DNA of 64,000 bases from Octopus sinensis (GCF_006345805.1 NC_043020.1:17422001-17486000); one strand, 5' to 3'; positions 51,689 through 64,000 are shown, numbered from the stretch's first letter. Program-made: numbers and translations. The notes: generated by a model from the sequence alone, not told the origin.

Positions 51689-54611
51689 TCATATGTTGTG
51701 GTGTGCGCTATTGCTCCATTCTAGTTTTCTATTCAGGCTAGGTTTATTTTCTATTATATGTGTAGCTTCTGTAATTTGTCTAATTGTTGCATCTGTTCTA
51801 TGTGTGGACAATATCTTAATCTCTATGTTATTGATTGATCCCCCGTGTTCTGTTCGGCGTGTGGTACAGAATCGATGAGCTTTTACCTTGCTTGAGTTGT
51901 CTCCAATGTTCATTCACCCCTCACCAATGCTTCTTGCAGTTTCCCCTACGTATGTTACTGTCTTGTTACTGCATCGTCCCTCTATACATCTTATACTATA
52001 GACCACATTTCTGGCTTTACAGTTCGTTTGTGGGCTAAATCTACATACAGTGCAATAGTTATCCGTACAGAGAGTTCTACTAAAAGGATAGCTTCTACCA
52101 ATTATAGATCTGATAGGGTTGCCTGGCTTTTCAACAACCTTAATTCTTAGTTTAAGTTTATCTAGGGTCCTTCTAAAGCGGTACGCTAGTTCACCTCCAG
52201 GGGTGTGTCAACGAACATGACACTCTGGTATTTATGGCTATCATACCAAGAGTTGGCCTTCCCTATTTTCTTTTTTGTCTTTCTATAGTGTTCCATGACT
52301 TGTTCCTATAGAGTGGGCAAATCCCATTCCTATCATTACATAATATATTATCAAATTTCTTCATGGCTCCTTGTATACTCTGATCCTTTCTTTATGGCTG
52401 TAACCTGAGAACTGCATGTGGTGAATGAAATACTGTATGTGTCTCTTTAATTCTGTAGGCTCGCACATGCGTGACACATTTCTCATTATTCTGACGAGGT
52501 CTGCCATCAAAATATTGAATTTGGCATTGCCCGCAATGGCTGAGTTCCGGTGGATCAGGTATTTTGAGGCCATAGGTTTTGCATAGTATGAATGAAGGAT
52601 TTGGGTTTTATTTTTCACAATTTCTAGCCAGAGTTCAGTGTCTAGTACTGGTAGTCTATGGTTGGGGTGTTTAGTGGGGTAGTCTATTGTGACCTTAATA
52701 CTCTGGTGGATGGAGTTAGCTATTTGCTGGATGCTCTCCATAGTATTAGTTTCTATTACTATATCAACAGTACTCTCTTGTGGGGGTGCCTTTACTACTA
52801 TATTGATATCATCAACATAGCGAGAGTACATGTTTACGAGTATGGATTTCTGCAGTAGGCATTCTTTAAGCCTTCTGTCCCACCATACCATGAAGAGGTT
52901 GGCCACATCACCAGCGATACTAACACCGATGGCTGCCCCCTCGTCCTGGGCATATATTTTATTATTAAATTTAAATGTGTGGCCTTTTAGGGTAACTCTT
53001 ATACTAGCTCCTAGTGCATGTGCGATCATTTTCTTTACCTGATGGACATTTGCGGGGCTCCGTATGGCTCTGGTCCATCCGCGCCATCTTTCTATATGTG
53101 TCTTCCTAGCCATAGAAGTAATTGTAGGCGGTTCTACCTCTTAAATATCTACTGGGGCAGAAACTACTAAGATTATGTTTATCTAAGTATTCACTATTAT
53201 ATGTCAGTCTAAGTAGGAGGCCCAGTTCTTCTGTGTCGACATTACAGAACTCCACCTGGCTCTCGTTGATCATCTCCACGCACTTCTCCACTGCAAAATC
53301 TACGTCAATCGATGGGTATAGGGATACCACATCCATGCTACCTACTATACATCCTGTCAAGTCACAAGTTTGTTACAGTCACTGATCCTGCTTAGGAGAT
53401 CTTCTGTGCTGTCACACACATCAGGGACATCCTGATTATAGGGCGTATGATCATTGAGAGGAAGTAGGAGATTCTGTAATTGCTAGCGATATTCGCTCCA
53501 CAGACTGGTCTTGTTGGTGGTCCTGCTATAGGGTCAGTAAAACCTTTATGGTCCTTGCGAAGTCCATACAGTGCCGGGATATCATTGTTCCAGGCTTGGA
53601 AATTCTTTGCAGTACGTTTCTGAGGTCCCAGAACAATTGTCCACATCATCATGTGGGCATTGAGGACCTTTTCTCTCTCCTCATGCGCCTGTACAGTTGT
53701 TACTTTTGTATTGGCGATATGAGGTTGCATTGCCTGGATGTAGTTCGGTAAGCTGTCTATTGACATCCTGCGGACTTATCCGTGGGAAGGCATATCACCT
53801 CTCCGTTCCTCGTGCGCTGAATGAGCTTCTGTAGGCCACATGCAGGTTTAATCCCTAGTTGTTGGGCATCTGTCTTATTCTGTCTCTGTCTCTTAATGTA
53901 TAATCCTAAAATCTGTCTAAGTTTGGTCCTAGCTATAGTGAACTGTGCTTCCATGTGGTCATTAGTACGTCTTGGGATGTATACTCTTTTGTTGAAGGGT
54001 AATGTTGTTGGATAAATTCGGTTCATGCAGTAAGTTTTGTTGCATACGTTGAAGAATTGAGTGTCAAAGGGATGGGTATACATGTCAATGGTCTCTCTAG
54101 GGTTATCTTCATTATCGTTACTGTTTCCAACATCAGCCTTCCTATTATTATTATCACCATTACCACTACTACTACTACTAGTATTCCTATTACCACCACA
54201 ATTATCACTACTATCCTCATTACTACTTCTACTGTTACCATCACCACTACTACTACCACTATTATTGTTATTACCTTTATTCCTACCATTGCCATTATTA
54301 CTATCATCGCTAGTGATATATTCATTGTTCCTGTTTCTGGTATATGTGTTGTTTATATTAGTGTTGGGTTTTATGTCTGTCTGTTGGTCCCTGTCAATCC
54401 CCCTGTTGCGGTCGTTATTTTTGTTCCTATGAGTATTGTTATCTGTTTCAAGTCCGCTGACTCCCTGTCCAAGGATCCTGTTGCCTTCAACTTTATTCTC
54501 CATCGTGACCCCTATGACACAACTTTTATTCGTGTCTTTGTGACTATGGCTATCTGTGTGTGTGTTTGTGTGTCTGTTCTCCCTATAATTGTTGTTGTTT
54601 ATGATAGCCAT
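51689..54611 (-). pseudogene. PLE polyprotein (N/S/G-rich leader, RT, thumb, GIY-YIG), split by 1-bp deletions
   Basis: LPTDKS, GLRKDHK...PPTRPVCG, SMDVVSLYPSID, QDEGAAIG, SRYVDDI, LPVLDTEL, FSGY, then the EN copy. Confidence 0.9.
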
Positions 54612-55160
54612 AAATACCAGAGTGTCATGTTCGTTGACACCACCCCTGGAGGTGAACTAGCGTACCGCTTTAGAAGGACCCTAGATAAACTTAAACTAAG
54701 AATTAAGGTTGTTGAAAAGCCAGGCAACCCTATCAGATCTATAATTGGTAGAAGCTATCCTTTTAGTAGAACTCTCTGTACGGATAACTATTGCACTGTA
54801 TGTAGATTTAGCCCACAAACGAACTGTAAAGCCAGAAATGTGGTCTATAGTATAAGATGTATAGAGGGACGATGCAGTAACAAGACAGTAACATACGTAG
54901 GGGAAACTGCAAGAAGCATTGGTGAGCGGGTGAATGAACATTGGAGACAACTCAAGCAAGGTAAAAGCTCATCGATTCTGTACCAACATGCCGAACAAGA
55001 ACACGGGGGATCAATCAATAACATAGAGATTAAGATATTGTCCACACATAGAACAGATGCAACAATTAGACAAATTACAGAAGCTACACATATAATAGAA
55101 AATAAACCTAGCCTGAATAGAAAACTAGAATGGAGCAATAGCGCACACCACAACATATGA
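54601..55160 (+). pseudogene. Intact-frame GIY-YIG endonuclease segment in the inverted arm
   Basis: CTDNYCTVC...CKARNVVYSIRC...YVGETARSIGERVNEH...ILYQH...EATHI...PSLN. Confidence 0.9.
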
Positions 55161-55667
55161 CAATAGTGGATCCTGCAAACATAATAAATACACAGGTAAT
55201 TAAAGAAATAGAAATGAATATCTATATATATGTATATGTGTATATATATGTATATGTATATGTGTATATATGTGTGTATATATGTATATATATATGTATA
55301 TGTATATGTATGTATATATATATATGTATATGTATATTCTTTTTTTTTTTTTTTTCGATTAGATTTATTATTATTATTACTAATATTGTTGTTATGCATA
55401 CATACAAGCATATGTAATGATAATAATGGGTGGATGTAAACACATGAACAAAATTAGAACAAAAGCAACAACAACAAAAACAAAATACAAATTACAAGAA
55501 TGTATATAACCAGAAGATACAAATATTACAGGCATCCCCCACACACACACACTAAATAAACATAGACGCACATAGAGATATAAGCATGCGCAAATGAAGA
55601 CATACAATAGAAATACAAAATGGCTGACGGTTAGTAAGGAGAGACACAAGTAAGTGAGAAGAAAACA

Positions 55668-55716
55668 AAGGACCACTGATGCGGTCACAGGAGTGTGACG
55701 AAAGAACTTTGGCCGA
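55668..55716 (+). ncRNA. Non-canonical hammerhead-like motif in the PLE terminus (inverse copy at about 51140-51185)
   Basis: GGACCA-CUGAUGC-G-GUCACA[GGAG]UGUGAC-GAAA-GAACUU-UGGCC. A9->C and an atypical cleavage site. Confidence 0.35.
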
Positions 55717-56476
55717 AATAAGATTAAGATTAATGTAAAAAATAAATATCACTGAAGCAAAATAACACCAAATATATAGTGCGTGTGTTTTTATTGGCTA
55801 AACTGGCAATATGACCATTCCGAAATATAACAATATCTGTTTCAACACACGACTTCACATAAAAAATCTTGCACAACAAATATTTAAACGTATATATATA
55901 TATATATATATATATCACCAACCATCATCATCTTTTAACATCCATCTTCCATGCTGGAATGGATTGGACAACTTGACCAGAGATGGCAAGCTGGAGAGCT
56001 ACACCAGGTTCCAGTCTGTTTTGGTTTGGTTCCTACAGCTGGATTCCCTTTCAAATGATAGACAGTGTTGAGTGATTTTCATATTCTGTTATCACTCCCC
56101 GTCTTTGTACTAGAAGCTCAATTCCATTCTGAGTCCATTTAGCTGGTTTAGAAACAAACAAAAAAAAACTTGCACCCATTTTCAACCTTATCCACATTGT
56201 TGAACCTCTGTCCACACAGGAAATGAGTAACTGGATGCAAATGCAATTTTATGATGGCTATGCAGCAGATACATGCGTTGGACACAATTAAATCACATGT
56301 GTTGTAAAATTGGCTGTAGAAATAAATAAAAAATATGCAGATATAATACTAATCATCGTATTCATTGTAATTGCCAATTGCCTTGGATATACACTCAGGG
56401 AAATATTTATAATCCAGTAAAGCGAACCCTGGATTTACCCATTGGATAAATTACATTGGGATTACTTACCTTAAGT

Positions 56477-57396
56477 AATCCTAGATGCAGTTAGCCATAA
56501 CCTAGATTATAATCCTAGATGCAATTAGCTATAACCTGGATCATAATCCTAGATGCAGTTAGCCATAACCTGGATTATAATCCTAGATGCAGTTAGCCAT
56601 AACCTGGATTATAATCCTAGATGCAGTTAGCTATAACCAGGATTATAATCCTAGATGCAGTTAGCCATAACCTGGATTATAATCCTAGATGCAGTTAGCT
56701 ATAACCTGGATTATAATCCTAGATGCAGTTAGCCATAACCTAGATTATAATCCTAGATGCAATTAGCTATAACCTGGATCATAATCCTAGATGCAGTTAG
56801 CCATAACCTGGATTATAATCCTAGATGCAGTTAGCTATAACCTGGATTATAATCCTAGATGCAGTTAGCCATAACCTCGATTATAATCCTAGATGCAGTT
56901 AGCTATAACCTTGATTATAATCCTAGATGCAGTTAGCTATAACCTGGATTATAATCCTAGATGCAGTTAGCTATAACCTGGATCATAATCCTAGATGCAG
57001 TTAGCTATAACCTGGATTATAATCCTAGATGCAGTTAGCTATAACCTGGATTATAATCCTAGATGCAGTTAGCTATAACCTCGATTATAATCCTAGATGC
57101 AGTTAGCTATAACCTGGATCATAATCCTAGATGCAGTTAGCTATAACCTGGATTATAATCCTAGATGCAGTTAGCTATAACCTCGATTATAATCCTAGAT
57201 GCAGTTAGCTATAACCTGGATTATAATCCTAGATGCAGTTAGATATAACCTGGATTATAATCCTAGATGCAGTTAGAAATAACCTGGATTATAATCCTAA
57301 ATGCAGTTAGCTATAACCTGGATTATAATCCTTGATGCAGTTAGCTATAACCTGGATTATAATCCTAGATGCAGTTAGCCATAACCTGGATTATAA
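56477..57396. repeat. 34-bp minisatellite, about 27 copies
   Basis: Unit aatcctagatgcagttagc(c/t)ataacctggattat; no spacers. Confidence 0.97.
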
Positions 57397-57890
57397 ATGA
57401 GTGTTTGTGTTTTTCCTGCCTGGATGCTTTATCCGTATCTATTCATTATATATAATTGTACAGCAATCTCCCTCTTAAATACACAACTCGAACCCAACCA
57501 CTTGTGCGTACTTAGATGGAGGTGCGTACATAGCTACAGCAGTTGCAAATCAGATATACAAATGCATGTATGCTGCTAATCACAGCAAGACTCATGCATC
57601 ACATGGTTTTAGATCACATTTGTTAGTTTTCCTGTCAGTTTTCTCCATGATGTCACGTCAAAGAAAGGGGAAGTATTTGAATGAAGCACAGAGATCAGAT
57701 ATCACAGATTCGACAAACTGCACGACACCGTGCTCTACATTGAAGATCAGTTGCTATGTGCAGATGTTCAAGCTGCAGCAGGGAATAATTACAAACTATT
57801 TTGATTGCTTTCAGAGGAAGCTAAGACAAGTGACATTGGAAGCAAAGTGCAAAAAAACACAAAATCTGAGTCTTTGCGTGACATGTTTAA

Positions 57891-58104
57891 CCCTTTCGTT
57901 ACCAACTCGGCTGAAACTGGCTCTGGCTCTGAGTACAAATGTCTTGTTTTCATAAGTTTTAAATTAAAATCTTCCACCAAATCTTAGTCACAATTTACAT
58001 TCCTAGCTGAATGATAACTAAGTTATTTTACTAAATTCTTTGTCATATTTAAAATAATTGAGAGAAAAACAGAGCATCTCAACAGAAATACAGTAACGAA
58101 AGGG
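57891..58104. mobile_element. piggyBac-like MITE, family 2
   Basis: TTAA TSD; TIR ccctttcgttac / gtaacgaaaggg. Confidence 0.9.
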
Positions 58105-58835
58105 TTAAACAATAAACTTCACATGATATCACATACCTTGAACTGCTTATTACCTATTTAGATTTTCGTTAATATTGCCATTGACTAAATCATTAATAAA
58201 CTTGAACCTAAGATTATTGAAGATTTTGCGTTTACTTATCTTGGATCCGTACTTAAATGGGTGTATACTTAACCAGGAGGTTACTCTACAAAATATCTGG
58301 TGTTTTTAAAATATATGTTTTGACCTAATTAAAGGTCTAGTATTTATTTCCAATTTGAAATACAAATTTAAAGTCAGGATATGATCAACTTCATAACAGT
58401 TTTTATAGCTCTATCAGGTTTCCAAAACTTCTTTTCATATTCTTTGTACTCAAAGACTAAAGTAATTCATCCAAATACAATGTTAGCTAAACCTACATAC
58501 ACTTAGTTCATCTCACATCATATCTGTGGATGAACCTTGAAGAAAGTTGTTTAGCCTAATGACCAGTTGAAAGTGACTGGATGCAAATGCAATTGTGAGG
58601 TGGCTATGCAGCAGAAATGTGTGTCAGACACATTTAAATCAAATATGCTGGATAAATTGAATGTGGAAATAACAAATAAGTAAATCAATCTCCATATTCA
58701 TTGTTATTGTCTTATATATATATACAATTATATAATATATGTAATATAATATAATATGATATAATATAATATAATAAAATAAATACAATCAAAAGACATC
58801 AAAGAATGGAGTTAGCAAACTATTTATTTAGTTTA

Positions 58836-59950
58836 CCAGGGTGAGTCAAGAATGTTTTTGTGTTTCAAGCTTTAATAGTTCAAACAAACGGAAAGCATTT
58901 ATTCATCAAAAAATATCCCACCATGTTCTTTTGTTAGTTGCCATTGTTGTGCTAGAAGTTCAGTTTCACAATGGCTGGTTTCACATTTGGCTGGTTTTGA
59001 AGCAAAACTCTCCCTGCACCCATTTCCAACCTCATCCACATTGTTGACCCTCCATTTGTGCAGGAAATGAACCAAGGTGGTAATATGATGGTGTAAAGTC
59101 TTCACTGTAGACAGGGTGAGGCACCACTTCCAGCCCTTCAACTTCCTCAAGTTTGCACTTGGTTATATTGGTAATGTATGCTGAGGCATTGTCATGCTGT
59201 AGGAGAGTGAATCTTCAATTGACATATGCTGGAAAGTGGGCTTCCAAAGCATCATATACTTGCTGCAGTTGTTAAGAATAAAGGTCAGCATTCACAGCAT
59301 GACCATCTGAGACAAGCTCAAAATACAACTCTCCCTTGAAATTTCACCAAAATTACATGGCCTTCTGTTCAACTCACCTTTGTTTGACAACAGGTTCTGA
59401 ATCTTGGCTGGAACAAAGCCACACGTTTCACTTATTAGGATGATGAAAATAGATCGATTTTTCTCCTCAGTTGCAATTTGATACCAAAGAAACAGGCCTC
59501 TTGAGTATTTTGTCAGCTGTTGTTTGCAAATGTTCACATGTTGTTCAGCCTGGTCATTGGTCAGTTCACGAGAAGCTTTTCAGCAGCATCTGTTCATAAG
59601 GCTGAGCTTATGGAGGTGTCAACTGACGGTGCTTTGTGAAGAACCAAGTTCTGCCAACAATGTACAAGTGCTTGTGCTTGGCTGTTATTCAACCATTTCA
59701 AGCAGGGCCTCATCTTCCACAACAGAAGGTCTCACTGATCTTGGTTTATCTTCAAGGCTGGTGTCACCTTCCTTGAAACATCTAAACCAGTTTTGCATCA
59801 CACATTCATTGACAGCACCTGAGCCTTCCACATCATTAATTTCTTTTGCTGCTGCCCTTGCAAATAGTCTTTTTTTCCACAGGTATCATAAAATAGTTCT
59901 CGTTGCAATTTTTTCACCATTCATTATCAAAGAATTAACAATTAATGTTT
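58836..59950 (-). mobile_element. Old degenerate mariner transposase pseudogene
   Basis: Manual translation gives WFRCFKEGDTSLEDKPRS.RP, LLQHDNAS and PHPVYS.D..PSYYHL, with many stops. Confidence 0.8.
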
Positions 59951-59967
59951 TTATGTCACATATACTT

Positions 59968-60368
59968 TTTTACTCTTTTACTTGTTTCAGTCATTTAACT
60001 GAGGCCATGCTGGAGCACCACCTTTAGTCGAGCACATCGACCCCAGGACTTATTCTTTGTAAGCCTAGTATTTATTTTATCAGTCTCTTTTGCTGAACTG
60101 CTAAGTTACGAGGACGTAAACACACCAGCATTGGTTGTCAAGTGACGTTGTGGGGGACAAACACAGACACAGGCACACACACACACACACATATATCTAT
60201 ACATACAATGGGTTTCTTTCAGTTTCCGTCTACTAAATCCACTCACAAGGCTTTGGTTGGCCCAAGGTTATAGTAGAAGACACTTGTCCAAGGTGCCACA
60301 CAGTGGGACTGAACCCGGAACCATGTAGTTCATAAGGAAACTACTTACCACACAGCCACTCCCACTCC
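59968..60368 (-). mobile_element. SINE family A
   Basis: Full-length reverse match. Confidence 0.85.
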
Positions 60369-60715
60369 TATGGAAATAAAGAATGAACAATTCAACTACG
60401 ATTGGACAAGTTGTATCAAATTAATGATGTAAAATGACAATATAAATTGCCAAAAATTATCAGTGAAAATTAAAAAAAATTTTGACTTGATGTCCATCAC
60501 TCCTGAGGTGAGTTGTCTCACCTGTCTATGAATATGACTTCCAGGTATTTTAACACCCAGTGCTTTGAGAGGGTCACTTCCACTATGTCGAATTGCAGCC
60601 AACTGGCAAACTAGCAAAACACATGCATTGTGTATGTATGTTCAATATTGTTTACAACACTCACACTGCTTCTAATTCATATCTGAATATATATATATTA
60701 TATATATATATATAT

Positions 60716-60746
<31 letters not shown>

Positions 60747-60885
60747 ATATATTATTATATATATATATATTATATATATATATATATTATATAAAATATT
60801 ATTAGAGACAAAACCACTATTTTGCAAAACAAACAAGGAAAGACTTAATCAATACATAAAATTTTAATAAATAGTCAAAAAAAAC

Positions 60886-60932
60886 CGCCACTACAATTGT
60901 TACTTGTCTTGATCGACAATCTTCAGGTGGAC
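60886..60932 (-). ncRNA. Minimal type I hammerhead-like motif
   Basis: GUCCAC-CUGAAGA-UUGUC[GAUCAA]GACAA-GUAAC-AAUU-GUA-GUGGC. Palindromic ACAAUUGU stem III; single core change A13->U. Lies in a 140-bp insert in (TA)n. Confidence 0.6.
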
Positions 60933-60939
60933 TTATATA

Positions 60940-60981
<42 letters not shown>

Positions 60982-61013
60982 ATGTATGTATATATATAAT
61001 ATATATTATATAA

Positions 61014-61071
<58 letters not shown>

Positions 61072-61132
61072 ATGTATGTATACATATATATATATATATA
61101 ATATGTATATATATGTATATATATATATGTAT

Positions 61133-62640
61133 CATCATCATCATCATCGTCGTTTAACGTCCGTTCTCCATGCTAGCATGGGTTGGACGGTTCGACCGGG
61201 GTTCTGGGAAGCCAGAAGGCTGCACCAGGCTCCAGTCTAATTTGGCAATGTTTCTACAGCTGGATGCCCTTCCTAACGCCAACCACTCCGTGAGTGTAGT
61301 GGGTGCTTTTTACGTGCCACCTGCACAGGTGCCAGGCGGGGCTGGCAACGGCCACGGTCAGATTGGTGTATTTTATGTGCCACCGGCACGGAAGCCAGTC
61401 GAGGCGGTGCTGGCATCGGCCACGAGTCGGATAGTGCTTTTTACGTACCACCAGACCAGGGATCCTGGCTGGTTCAATTCGATTTCGATTTCGCTTGCCC
61501 CAACATGTCTTCACAAGCAAAGGGGGTTGGCAAGGGTGCCTGTTGTACGGTCGCATTGGAGTATTTTACGTGCCACGGCCACGAGTCGGATAGTGCTTTT
61601 TACGTACCACCAGACCAGGGATCCTGGCTGGTTCAATTCGATTTCGATTTCGCTTGCCCCAACATGTCTTCACAAGCAAAGGGGGTTGGCATGGGTGCCT
61701 GTCGTACGGTCGCATTGGAGTATTTTACGTGCCACGGCCCCGAGTCGGATAGTGCTTTTTACGTGCCACCAGGCCAGGGATCCTGGCTGGTTCAATTCGG
61801 TTTCGATTTCGCTTGCCCCAACATGTCTTCGCAAGCATGGGGGGTTGGGATGGGTGTCTGTCGTCGGATGAGGTTCTATATCGACTTCGCTTGCCTCAAC
61901 CGGTCTTTGTGTCCAAGGGAGGAAAGGCATTCATAAGTGGGCTGGGCTCACTTGTCCTGCCTGGTCTTCTCACGTACAGAATATTTCCAAGGTCTCGGTC
62001 TCTGGTCATTTCCTCAGTGAGGCCTAAAGTTCGAAGGTCGTGCTTCACCACCTCGTCCCAGGTTTTCCTGGGTCTACCTCTTCCACGGGTTCCCTCAACT
62101 GCTAGGGATTGGCACTTTCTCACACACCTATCTTCATCCATTCTCGCCACATGACCATACCAGCGCAATCGTCTCTCTTGCACACCACAACTGATGCTTC
62201 TTAGGTACAACATTTCTCTCAAGGTGCTAACGCTCTGTCGAGTATGTACACTGACATTACACATCCATCGGAGCATACTGGCTTCATTCCTCACGAGCTT
62301 ACGCATGTCCTCAGCAGTCACAGCCCATGTTTCGCTGCCATGTAGCATGGCTGTTCGTACACACGCATCATACAGTCTGCCTTTTACTCTGAGCGAGAGG
62401 CCTTTAGTCACCAGCAGAGGTAAGAGCTCCCTAAACTTTGCCCAGGCTATTCTTATTCTAGCAGTTACACTTTCAGCGCACCCACCCCCACTACTGACTT
62501 GGTCACCTAGATAACGGAAGCTATCAACTACTTCTAGTTTTTCCCCCTGGAAAGTGACGGAAGTTGTTTTCTGCAGATTTTCGGAGGTTAATGCTCCCGA
62601 GCATCTGCCACATACAAAAACTATCTTCCCAGTTAGCCTA
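61133..62640 (-). mobile_element. 5'-truncated copy of the RTE LINE at 25593-29052
   Basis: ORF 61896-62708(-) is nearly identical to the 27690-28364 peptide; same 3' UTR and (GAT)n tail. Confidence 0.95.
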
Positions 62641-62789
62641 TATATATACATATATAAATATACATATATAAAAATCTTAAGGTGGTGAGCTGGCAGAAAT
62701 GTTAGCACGCCGGGTGAAATGTTTAGCAGTATTTTGTCTGTCTTTACGTTCTGAGTTCAAGGTCCACTTTGCCTTTCATCCTTTTGGGG

Positions 62790-64000
62790 TCAATTTTCTC
62801 TCAAGATGCTTATACTCTGTCAAACATGCACATATATTGCACATCCAGCGAAGCATGCTGGCTTCATTTTTCTCAAGCCTATGCATGTCCTTGGCTGCTA
62901 TACCCCATATTTTACTGCTATGCAGCATAGCTGTTCGTACACAGGTATAGCTGTTCGCACACAGGCATCATACAATCTCCTTTCACTCTGAGAGAGAGAA
63001 GCCCTTTATTGCCAGCAAGGGTAGGGGCTCTCTGAACTTTGCCCAGCCTATTCTTATTGCCATAGCTATGCTCTTGGAGCATCCACCTCCACTACTAACT
63101 AGATGTTGGAAGCTATCTACTACCTCCAGCTTACCCACTGACAGTTAATAGAGTCTATTTTCTGTACATTTTTGGTGTTTATTGTACTTGTGCATCTTCC
63201 ACACACAAATGTTAGTTTCCCTGTTAACCTTCCTCTGATATTGCTGCACCTCTTATGTGTCCAAAGCTTACACTGAGTACATTTTATAGAGTTTCTTTCT
63301 ATGCCTTTTCTCCAGATCGAGCAGAGCCATCAGCCTGAAGGGATTTGTGATTTGTCTGCCTCCCTACTTACTAAAACTTTGGTTTTTGCTTGGTTAACTC
63401 TAACACCCTTAGTTCTGGAAGTGATTCAGCTATAAGAACAAGGTCATCAGCATAGAGCAGCAGCCTGTCTTAAATTCTTCTGTTATTGCTTGAAGGACTA
63501 TGATAAACAAGAGGGGGCTGAAGACTGATCCTTGGTGAACCCCAACTTGTACCTTGAATTCTTTGCTGTACTCATTACCAACCCTCACCTTGCTGGTAGC
63601 GTCCCTGTACATGGCTTGTACAGCTCTCACCAACCACTCATTTATCCCTAGTTTCCGCATTGACCACCAGATAAGGGATTGGGGTAGCCTGTCAAAGGCT
63701 TTGCTCAAGTCAACAAAAGCCAAGTACAAAGTTTTATCTTCGGTTAGGTAATTCTCCTGTAGCTGCCTTACCAGAAATATAGTATCAGTGGTGCTTCTCC
63801 CAAGCATAAAACCAAACTGAATCTCATCTAGGCTAACTCTCACCCTATCTAGTTGGGCTATGATCCTCTCTGTAACTTTCACCTGGGTTTGATCCAACAG
63901 TTTGATACCTCTGTAATTATTTCTATCTAAGGCATCACCTTTACCTTTGTAGCTGTTGAATATGGTGCCGCTACACTAGTCATTGTGTATGACTCCTTCA
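62790..64000 (-). mobile_element. Older RTE LINE copy (RT region), runs off the window edge
   Basis: ORF 63430-63897(-) QFGFMLGRSTTDTIF...AFVDLSKAFDR...GVHQGSVFSPLLF. Confidence 0.9.

Larger units (their letters stand above)
51016..55890 (-). mobile_element. Near full-length Penelope-like element (Neptune/Nematis-like) with an inverted upstream pseudo-LTR
   Basis: RT and GIY-YIG on the minus strand. Arms at about 51016-52245 and 54600-55836 are inverted. (TA)n on both flanks. Confidence 0.92.

Noticed and set aside
54057-54600. Hydrophobic I/T/V-rich 'membrane protein' N-terminus
   Set aside because: It is the antisense of the PLE's N/S/G-rich leader.
52361-54611. Naiad-type PLE with N-terminal endonuclease or selenocysteine recoding
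   Set aside because: The GIY-YIG domain is C-terminal to the RT, and the breaks are frameshifts, not in-frame TGA codons.
56477-57396. CRISPR-like array of 34-bp palindromic repeats
   Set aside because: The units are directly adjacent with no unique spacers, there are no cas genes, and the context is eukaryotic.
58140-58500. Protein-like scraps (FEYKEYEKKFWKPDRAIK on the minus strand; FTYLGSV on the plus strand)
   Set aside because: They are short and stop-bounded, and not assignable to a family.

Overview
Eukaryotic, repeat-dense genomic DNA, most likely from an octopus or other cephalopod. This is inferred from the SINE, RTE and microsatellite landscape; no database was consulted. There are no prokaryotic features, no CRISPR array, and no rRNA or true tRNA genes. 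Host coding sequence is limited to two clean phase-0 exons (1614-1769, 2891-3019, + strand) of a PGPGxY-repeat ciliary/sperm protein resembling CIMAP2/LEXM; the rest looks intronic or intergenic. It contains many tRNA-derived SINEs, CR1, RTE, Tx1, Hero and R4 LINE fragments, two mariners, several MITEs and three distinct Penelope-like element (PLE) lineages. One PLE is near full length with 1.2-kb inverted arms. The most notable signal is a set of at least six unrelated minimal hammerhead-ribozyme-like motifs, carried by short PLE-type terminal units that sit in (TA)n microsatellites and are often arranged as inverted hairpins. Nearly all provided ORFs over microsatellites are artefacts. Repeated 1-bp homopolymer deletions suggest uncorrected long-read errors, so some 'broken' elements may be intact. 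Repeat boundaries are approximate unless a TSD or TIR is quoted.
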